From Williopsis jadinii (Eukaryota): 64,000 nt of DNA. Shown here piece by piece: positions 56,735 through 64,000 of the stretch (positions are counted from its first letter, which is position 1; the number at the start of each line of letters is the position of its first letter). Both the position numbers and the translations under genes were made by a program. The DNA is taken from contig AP024665.1 in the NCBI GenBank assembly GCA_024346625.1, forward strand, positions 248,001 to 312,000, in the 5' to 3' direction. The notes below the pieces were generated by a model. That model was given only the letters and a program-made list of their open reading frames with translations, was not told where the DNA came from and did not search any database.

Positions 56735-58729
56735 TCAATCTTGAATACCCTTCCATTCCTCTTCTTCAACGTTTCCCTCCTCCTCATCTTCTTGTTCGTT
56801 AGTCTCCCCTTCCTTTGCAGCTTCACCGCCCTCACGGCTCTTCTTACGTGGTCTTTCTTCATCCTCTGGTGGTGGAACAAACCATGGAATCTTTCCTCTG
56901 TTGAAGTCATTGATCACTAGCTTGGATATACCTTGCTCATCCGGTTCACCACCTTTCAGGAGTCTACCATGCTTCTTAGCAAGGAGTTCGATGAACTCAG
57001 TAGCGTTATTCCATCCAGAGATCTCGTATGTTCTCTCCAAATGCTGTCTCTTACATCTTTTCAGCACTCCAGGAATGTACTGCTCGGCATGTGTAACATG
57101 CTCAACTCTGACAACACCCCTGAACAGGATATCTTCCTCAGAATCCTTTGAAGAAGGCGGTACAATACCAGGACAGTCAATTAAAAAGATCTTCTTCATC
57201 AAAGTAATGTATTGCCACACTTTGGTCTCTCCTGGAATTGGTGCCACTTGACAAACTTTCTTTCTTCTCAAAGTGTTGATGATACTGGATTTACCAGTGT
57301 TTGGATATCCAATGAATCCCACAGAGATTTGCTTTCTATCAGGATGAAGCACTGAAAATTGACGAAGAAGCTGAATCAAGGAACCCTTACCAAAGGAGTT
57401 CGTTATAGAGGCATGGAATGCAATTGTTGGATGGAATTTTGACAAATGCTTTACCCAGGCAGCCTATAATCTAACTGTTAGTAATGCTTCAACTCGGAGT
57501 GACCAACAACGGCAGAAATAACAAGAGAGAGCGAGATGAGTCAGTTACTCAAGACTGATCAAGAAAGGCTATATAATTGGTATTGTGATGAGAGTGTGAG
57601 GGTCTTTACTACGAGCATCTCAATGGGTAAATGACACAAAGGTCTGAGAGCTCAACTCATAAGTCCCTCTCATGATTCTAAGCAGGAGTCAAAACGACTA
57701 TATCTGCGTTACAGAAACCCAGAACGGGAGTTGTAGAGGCGAATCATATCTCGCTCTTCCAAAGTTGTAACAGGCATACTTTGTAGATAAAAGTTGAAAT
57801 GCGTATTTCAAGAAAGACACCCTGACAAAGAACTTTGGTATAAGTGTTGTTTTACAATATCTCTTTCTTCTCTTATTATATCCTGTGTCCTGGTTAGTCA
57901 GTCAAAAAATTGGTTAAATACTCACGGCAACCCAAGTTGGTACCAAATCACACTTGTTCAAAACAAAGATCAAATGTTTGTGTGCGGCTTCTTTTTTAAT
58001 GTATTGCTCAACAGATTCACATCTTGTTCCTAGGGGATCTCTGGCATCGAGAACATGTATCACCACATCCGAAGAATCGATGACTTTATACAATTCGTTC
58101 CAAATACGTTTGGATTGACCCTTGTGGAAAATGGCCTCCTTGGCCTCTGCAGTCCAACCGTCCGTATCAACATTACCCATGAGACCCATAGTGGTGGCCA
58201 ACTCATTCTTTTCCTGGTAGTCTTGAGCATCCTTGTCAGTTGCACCAGCAAGCTCTTCAAGACTTGATACGGCAACCCTTGGTCTCTTTCGTTGTGACTT
58301 TGGACCGAACGTGTGTTCAAAACTTTCAGTTTCCAAGATTCTGTTGGTTGGTGATTCAGTAGTATCCTTCTCCTCTAAGAGTGACATCGGAAGCTTATTT
58401 CTTCTTAACAGAACTTGATATGAGTCCTGTTTTGTTTCACCAAGAGCCTCTCTGAAATGCGAAAGAGCATCCTGGGATATGACTCTGGTATTACCAAACC
58501 AGCGACGGTTTGGATCAACTCTTGCTGTAGGTGCGGCAGTGTCTTGTAAGTAAGCAGCTTTGATAATCTCACCAGCTTTATTACGCTGAGCACGACCTTG
58601 CTTGTACATGTTAAGCTTCTTCACCTTTTTAGCATCCCTGTAGAAATTTTCACCCTTCACGCGAAGGTTACCATCCCTCACATCACCTTCACGTACACGT
58701 CTTTGCTTTTCCTTCTTTCCTGTACCCAT
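56735..58729 (-). CDS. NOG2: Nucleolar GTPase Nog2, two exons (58729-57926 and 57463-56735)
   Basis: [12 protein letters not shown]-terminus, [22 protein letters not shown]; splicing joins [14 protein letters not shown] in frame. Confidence 0.97.
57464..57925 (-). other. NOG2 spliceosomal intron (462 nt)
   Basis: 5' site GTGAGT at 57925, branch point TACTAAC at 57483-57477, 3' TAG ending at 57464; removal restores the conserved frame. Confidence 0.93.
57592..57840 (-). ncRNA. SNR191: Intronic H/ACA snoRNA, snR191 homolog
   Basis: The NOG2 intron hosts snR191 in S. cerevisiae. Here the 5' end reads TACCAAAGTTCTTTGTCAGGGTG, a candidate H box ATATGA lies at about 57749-57744, and the 3' end reads GTAGTAAAGACCCTC-ACA-CTC (ACA at 57597-57595). 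Ends approximate. Confidence 0.85.
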
Positions 58730-58802
58730 TACCCCTTTAGATCTTTTGAATTAAACAAGTTGTTGCGGTAAACCACAGGTTGAGAAGAGGGAAACTCAAC
58801 TG

Positions 58803-58867
58803 TGAAAAATTTTTTAGGGCATCGGTCAAGCAGGAAAAATGCAAAAAATACAACTCCGGCTCATCGC
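58803..58867. promoter_or_regulatory. Ribosome-biogenesis promoter elements RRPE and PAC upstream of NOG2
   Basis: TGAAAAATTTT at 58803-58813 and GCTCATCGC (GCGATGAG on the minus strand) at 58859-58867. Confidence 0.85.
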
Positions 58868-58962
58868 ATGGTCGGAATTCATTGCTGCTACCTAAAACTT
58901 GGGGCAATTTCGATACTGTTTATAGATCTCTTTTATATACGATTTATACCCGGGTAAGTTCT

Positions 58963-59913
58963 CTAAAAAACGTTCGACAGTATCCTACTTGTCTTTTCTT
59001 CTTTCTTTTTGAACTCTTCTGGTGCATTGGCCCTTGTTGTCGTGACTTTTCTCTGTTCGAAGGTTCTTCTCAGAGTCTCATCGTCCTGAACATGATCGTC
59101 ATTATGCCCATCTTTTCCGTGTTTCTTGCGCTTGATGTTCTCAATCATCTTGGATCTTTCCACGTTCCGGATAAATGTCTTGTTCAGCTTATGAGCTTGT
59201 GAAATCTCCATTTGTAATTTACTCTGTCTGGCCTCGTTTTCCTTAGAGATCTGTTCGGTCAAATCAGCCCATTTGAACCCAGAGAGGTACTTGACGTTCA
59301 GGATATCATCATAGTAGAAAGAGGACTTCTTTCCTCCAATAATATTACAGTTCAATGTCTCAGCTGCCAGTTTGGCATCTTTCTTTCTTATAAATTCGGC
59401 CCATCCTTCTTCGTACATAATCTTCTTGTTACCACCTTGTTTCACCCTCTGCTGATACTTTTGCGTTGATTCCCTCTTCAAGAACAGTCTATCAACATCA
59501 CCAAATCTTGAAAGAATTTGTCTCAATTTTGTGGGTTTCATGTACGGTGGAATCTTGGAAATGTATACAACACCGGTCTTACCCTTTGGTTTCTTGTTTT
59601 TGACCTTCTGGATTTTAGCCTTTCTGTACAATTCACTTAGATTATCAATCTCCTCCTTATCCTTGGAGGATTCTGTTCCTTTGAGTTTGAGACCCTGGGG
59701 TTTATCGTGATCGCTTTCATCATCATCGTCATCGTCACTCCCTTTAAACGCATCAAATACCTTCTTCTTACTCTTTTGAACTTTATCGATGATTTCATCC
59801 TCCGAGTCAGAAGCGGCAGCACCCCCAAAAAATTCCTCATCGCTACCTAAATCCATGCGATCTTCATTATCGTCATCTCTATCACTATCACTGTGAGTTA
59901 AGAACTTATCCAT
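58963..59913 (-). CDS. ESF2: Pre-rRNA processing protein Esf2 (ABT1 family, RRM)
   Basis: Acidic N-terminus; TGVVYISKIPPYMKPTKLRQILSRFG, YEEGWAEF, IIGGKK, YDDILNVKYLSGFKWADLTEQI. Confidence 0.95.
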   Translation of the reverse strand: MDKFLTHSDSDRDDDNEDRMDLGSDEEFFGGAAASDSEDEIIDKVQKSKKKVFDAFKGSDDDDDDESDHDKPQGLKLKGTESSKDKEEIDNLSELYRKAKIQKVKNKKPKGKTGVVYISKIPPYMKPTKLRQILSRFGDVDRLFLKRESTQKYQQRVKQGGNKKIMYEEGWAEFIRKKDAKLAAETLNCNIIGGKKSSFYYDDILNVKYLSGFKWADLTEQISKENEARQSKLQMEISQAHKLNKTFIRNVERSKMIENIKRKKHGKDGHNDDHVQDDETLRRTFEQRKVTTTRANAPEEFKKKEEKTSRILSNVF

Positions 59914-60052
59914 TCTGGGTATGTCTAAAACCGTTTATTCGAACAAAATGGCTTAAAAGAAATAGAAGAAGAAGAAAGAAAAAAAATTACTAAAAACGCT
60001 ATAATCGGTACGAGACACACAATAATAGAAGACATATGAGAACTCTGCACTT

Positions 60053-60823
60053 TTATACAAACGAATCGTGTACTTTCTTCAAAACTTCATCAGGGAATTT
60101 GATTAGAGTCCCATTCTCAGCCTCGTAGTTCATTATAGAAGTTCCACAGCGGAGATGGGTTTGCATTTCAAACAGTATTTTGGTGTTGCTCCTTGAGTTT
60201 CTATCGATTCGATTCAGCAACCTGTACAACAGTCTTGCGTATAGGCATGTGTTCAGTATGGCGAGTGCACACGTAATAACGCATATCCCCAAGATCAGGG
60301 ATGTGGACACAATGCTAAACAACCGAAGGTCAACAGTCTGTTCTAGAGCTCCGTTTTTGTAGACAGATATGTAGAAATGGTCGCTCTTAACAACACAAAC
60401 TGTGGCTACGAGCATCATCATCGTGGTGAAGCACTGGAACAGAGTTATTGTCAAGTGGGCAAAATACGCAGAAGCCTGAGGCAAAGTCGAGTTACCCAAT
60501 GGTGATAAGAACATCGAGAGGATCAGCTGTCAGATGGTATTAGTCACCATGTTTATACAACGTGTGAACATACTTACAGTAATCAAGACACAAAAATCAG
60601 CCACGATACAGATCCCTGGACGGTTTGAAATGTCTTCGAAAGTTAACGTGAAGAAGAACGATATGTATTGCAACAAGAGGAACCCCAAGAAACAATTGAA
60701 CACCAACTGAACTTTCCTCTCGGAATAAACCGCATGTGGAGAGTACACGACAACGTTTGGTGCAACGACAATCATAGGGTTCTCGTGATGGTTATCCAGG
60801 TCCATATGGTTCAATCTTTCCAT
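60053..60823 (-). CDS. Orphan multi-pass membrane protein (about 239 aa), two exons (60823-60578 and 60526-60053)
   Basis: Two same-frame ORFs are joined by removing a 51-nt GTAAGT...GACTAAT...CAG intron (60577-60527) that contains the intervening TGA; about 4 hydrophobic segments. Confidence 0.7.
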
Positions 60824-60966
60824 GATCGCTGTACCAGGACCTTGGTGAAGGAACAAGATGAGAGGGCCAAATATTTTGTGTATTCTACTTTAAAATGGAT
60901 GGCTCTCCGAATCGACAAGATCACAAAACGCACAAGAACAACACAGAACCACCGAGCTCACGGGGC

Positions 60967-61548
60967 TCACGATGGCGGCGTGAAGTTCCAGGAGATGAGA
61001 CGATCATAGACGAATCTTTCAATCTTACAGATCAAACTTTCAGAACGGATAACGCCGTCTCTGACCCAAACACCGTACGATCCCATCATATTGGCCATAA
61101 GCATATCCGTAAAGAGACGATCACCCACAATTGCAACTTCTTTCGGAGAAGAAACCACACCCTTGCCTATGAAGTACTCCATTATCTCACCATGGCATCC
61201 TGGCTTCTTCGTAGAGTGTCGTAACACCGGCACGCCTGTTCTCTCTTCCAACAGTTTGGCCTGTCCATGGCCAATGTCATCGTTTGTCCCAGCTGAGTTG
61301 CTCACGATGAGCAACTGAGCGTCGGGGAACTGTGCTCGTAACTTCTCCCAATACGGTTCATAAGCCGGCCATACCTTATCATCATGTGCTTTGGCAAAGC
61401 AGTTGTCCTTATCCAGCACCACTGCTTTCACCTTGTTGTTTGGAAGAGGCAGTGGAACTCGATCGAAAGATGACACAGTAAGATGTGGCAAGCACAACTG
61501 TGGTTGGATGAAAAGACGGAACACGTTGAGAGTAGCGGATACGTTCAT
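60967..61548 (-). CDS. GEP4: Mitochondrial phosphatidylglycerophosphatase (HAD family)
   Basis: MNVSATLN start, VVLDKDNCF, IVSNSAG, KKPGC, VGDRLFTD. Confidence 0.93.
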   Translation of the reverse strand: MNVSATLNVFRLFIQPQLCLPHLTVSSFDRVPLPLPNNKVKAVVLDKDNCFAKAHDDKVWPAYEPYWEKLRAQFPDAQLLIVSNSAGTNDDIGHGQAKLLEERTGVPVLRHSTKKPGCHGEIMEYFIGKGVVSSPKEVAIVGDRLFTDMLMANMMGSYGVWVRDGVIRSESLICKIERFVYDRLISWNFTPPS

Positions 61549-61745
61549 CTTTCTTAGATATTCCGTCTTCTTCTTCTTGTTCAACGCTCCAAACCCGATG
61601 ACTGTGTGAACTCCGCGATCAAAGCAGTCTCCGACGTTGAATGGACGCAAAAAAAATCTTTGGGCAACTTCTTCACATCCAACATGGACTGGCGAGTCAC
61701 CAATCAAAAACCAGGACACTTCAGTTGGAGCAACAGCACATAGAA

Positions 61746-63647
61746 ATGAGCCAAGTCCAAGGAAGAACACATCACAAACATCATAATCGTCACAATCACC
61801 ACAATAGCACTAGGGACCAGCGGAAGCCCGCGTCGGAGAAACAACACGGCTCGAGCTCGAACCAAGATGAGGATATACAGGAACATGAACAATGTGTGAT
61901 TTGTGCAGAACGCATGACGATTGCTGCTATTTCCCCTTGTACACACACCACTTGTCATCGTTGTACTTTCAGACAGAGGGCGTTGTACGAGAAGAAGAGC
62001 TGTTTGGTCTGTAGAAGCGAAAATGAGAAGCTCATATTTACAGAGCAATTGGATGCCATCTACAATGAGGTGAATCCCGCACATATTGTTGTTGAAGATG
62101 ATAAATACGGTATAGCATTCACCTCACAGCATGTGTTTGATGACACCATGGAGCTTTTGACGTTTAGATGTCAGATTTGTCAAACAGTGGCAAGTGATAT
62201 GAAGTCACTCTCCGATCATATAAGACAAGAGCATGAAAAGACCATTTGCACCATATGTTCCCGTTTCAAAAAGGCCTTCCCCTCTGAGCTGAAGATTTAC
62301 ACTCAGAAGCAGCTACAGAACCACCAGATGCGTGGTGATGAGAAGGGATTCAAAGGCCACCCGTTGTGTAAATTCTGCAAAGGGAAGAGATTCTACTCTG
62401 ATGATGAATTGAGAGTTCATCTGAGAGAGAGCCATGAAAAGTGTCATGTTTGTGACCAATTGGACCCTTCAAATCCACAGTATTTCAAGAATTATGAAGT
62501 TTTAGAGGAACACTTCAAGCATGATCATTATAGCTGTCGTGTTCAATCGTGCCTCGATAAGAAGTTTGTTGTTTTTGCTGATGAGCTCGATTTACAAGCC
62601 CATATGATCACAGAGCACAGGGAACTCTCGTGGAAGGGACAAGTTGTTGGTACTACTCCTCAGGGTAACAACGTAAATGGTCGTTATCAACTCTCAACAT
62701 TCCGTTCGTCCCAGGGATCTTCCTCGTCCCGTAGTGGTTCAACCGCAACGCAAGAGGCTGGAGACTCCATGCAAACCAAACGCATGAGATTCGAAGAAAG
62801 GGCAAAGCATTACCTCAATAACTCTGTGGATAAATTTGAAGAATTTACAAGCTTGAACAACAAGTTTCGTAATGGCCAGCTGACTGTTGATGGGTTGAAG
62901 GAAGCATATCTGGTGCTCTTCAACAAAAACTCTGAACATGAGGTTTACCTCTTACTTTTTGGTTTCTCGAAGTTATTTCCAGATGGATCAACAAATCAGT
63001 TAAAACTTGCAAGCTTTGTTGAAGAGCATGAAAAGCGAGCAGCACAGGAACACGATTTCCCAGCTTTGCCAGGTTCATCGACCTCGTTATCGTCGTACGG
63101 AGGCTCGAATTGGGGGAACAAACAACCTTCAAAGAAGAACAAGAACTCACGCCAGAACATTCAAGAATTGTTCCCTGCTTTGCCTACAGCAACTTCGTAC
63201 ACACCGGTAAAGACAACTGTCAAATATTCAACCATGACCAACCAATCGAAGCCACCTGTTGTTAAGGTTAACAAAGGTTCAAATGCAAACTTCACGCCTA
63301 CTTATCTGTCCAAGCCAACATCATCTGCTTCGTCGTCGTCGTCTTCTCTAGCATCGCAGAGATCAAGATTGGATGATAACAGCTTTCCTGAATTACCAAA
63401 GGCGCCGCCAAAGAAAACGTTTGAAGCAAGGAATCCTGCCAATAAGTCACAAGTCAGAACTGAAACCACTATTTGGGGAACGTCAATCAAAGCCCAACCT
63501 GCAAGAGACTTATGGGGCAACGTCGTTAACAGCAGTGGTAACAGTAGTAATGGATTCAACTTGGATTCTTTGGATAATGCACTACCAACCAAGGGAAAAG
63601 GCAAGAAGAAAAAGGCACAGGTGTTATTTACAATGGGTGGTAGATAA
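61746..63647 (+). CDS. HEL2: Ribosome quality-control RING E3 ligase Hel2/ZNF598
   Basis: RING CVICAE...PCTHTTCHRC...CLVCR, GFKGHPLCKFC...FYSDDEL, repeated FPAL motifs, basic KGKGKKKK tail. An upstream in-frame ATG exists at 61641. Confidence 0.93.
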   Translation: MSQVQGRTHHKHHNRHNHHNSTRDQRKPASEKQHGSSSNQDEDIQEHEQCVICAERMTIAAISPCTHTTCHRCTFRQRALYEKKSCLVCRSENEKLIFTEQLDAIYNEVNPAHIVVEDDKYGIAFTSQHVFDDTMELLTFRCQICQTVASDMKSLSDHIRQEHEKTICTICSRFKKAFPSELKIYTQKQLQNHQMRGDEKGFKGHPLCKFCKGKRFYSDDELRVHLRESHEKCHVCDQLDPSNPQYFKNYEVLEEHFKHDHYSCRVQSCLDKKFVVFADELDLQAHMITEHRELSWKGQVVGTTPQGNNVNGRYQLSTFRSSQGSSSSRSGSTATQEAGDSMQTKRMRFEERAKHYLNNSVDKFEEFTSLNNKFRNGQLTVDGLKEAYLVLFNKNSEHEVYLLLFGFSKLFPDGSTNQLKLASFVEEHEKRAAQEHDFPALPGSSTSLSSYGGSNWGNKQPSKKNKNSRQNIQELFPALPTATSYTPVKTTVKYSTMTNQSKPPVVKVNKGSNANFTPTYLSKPTSSASSSSSSLASQRSRLDDNSFPELPKAPPKKTFEARNPANKSQVRTETTIWGTSIKAQPARDLWGNVVNSSGNSSNGFNLDSLDNALPTKGKGKKKKAQVLFTMGGR

Positions 63648-63714
63648 GTTAGGTGATTTTAGATAAGTTATATATATATACGTACATCCGTGTCTCTTTG
63701 CCATAGAAAAGGTA

Positions 63715-64000
63715 TTATCGTAGGGGTAATATGCTCTGTTCTGTCAGTGCCTGTCTGCAGAGAGGGCATTCTGGATGGTCTCTACTCCAATCAGATATAC
63801 AATTCCAACAGAATAAGTGACCACATGGGGCACAGCTTGGATTTGTCATTGGACTCAGACAGAGCATACAGTTTCTTGAGAAATCAGGTATGAACTTCAA
63901 CAACTTTGGGTTTGAAAGATCAATGTCATTTGAGGGAACAGATGGTGGTACCCCGGTGATATTATCTGATGCTTCAGTGTTTGACTTTTTTGTACGATCA
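63715..64000 (-). CDS. PEX10: 3' end of peroxisomal RING peroxin Pex10; starts beyond the window
   Basis: C-terminal C3HC4 RING CMLCL...PCGHLFCWNCISDW...PECPLCRQ. Confidence 0.85.
   Translation of the reverse strand, partial: DRTKKSNTEASDNITGVPPSVPSNDIDLSNPKLLKFIPDFSRNCMLCLSPMTNPSCAPCGHLFCWNCISDWSRDHPECPLCRQALTEQSILPLR

Overview
Gene-dense, intron-poor region of a budding-yeast (Saccharomycotina) chromosome using the standard code (CTG encodes Leu at a conserved site, the FLDR motif of the MFS transporter at ~25798). The complex I assembly factor NDUFAF5 and methylmalonate-semialdehyde dehydrogenase point to a respiratory, non-Saccharomyces yeast; a Cyberlindnera/Wickerhamomyces-like placement is inference only. 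About 31 protein genes are supported: a partial RD-repeat protein, UBP7, ILV2, MMSDH, a Try4-like C2H2 factor, NDUFAF5, a PPR-like mitochondrial protein, CIN1, an F-box microprotein, MHT1/SAM4, a TNA1/DAL5-family transporter, NSE1, BRE2, an orphan, USB1, KGD2, CKI1, DSS4, MIG1, CTH1/TIS11, MET17, a divergent maltase/permease (MAL) pair, a Ser/Thr-rich GPI protein lacking an AUG start, NOG2 with an intron carrying a snR191-like H/ACA snoRNA, ESF2, a spliced orphan membrane protein, GEP4, HEL2 and partial PEX10. I found no tRNA, rRNA, intact transposon or CRISPR array, and no clear multi-gene novel system. The best leads are the AUG-less adhesin-like gene, a second branch point inside the NOG2 intron, a hidden 51-nt intron, an unassigned clustered TTTGTCC promoter motif, the F-box-only microprotein and a nearby decayed gene, and a Cth/Puf3 3'-UTR circuit.
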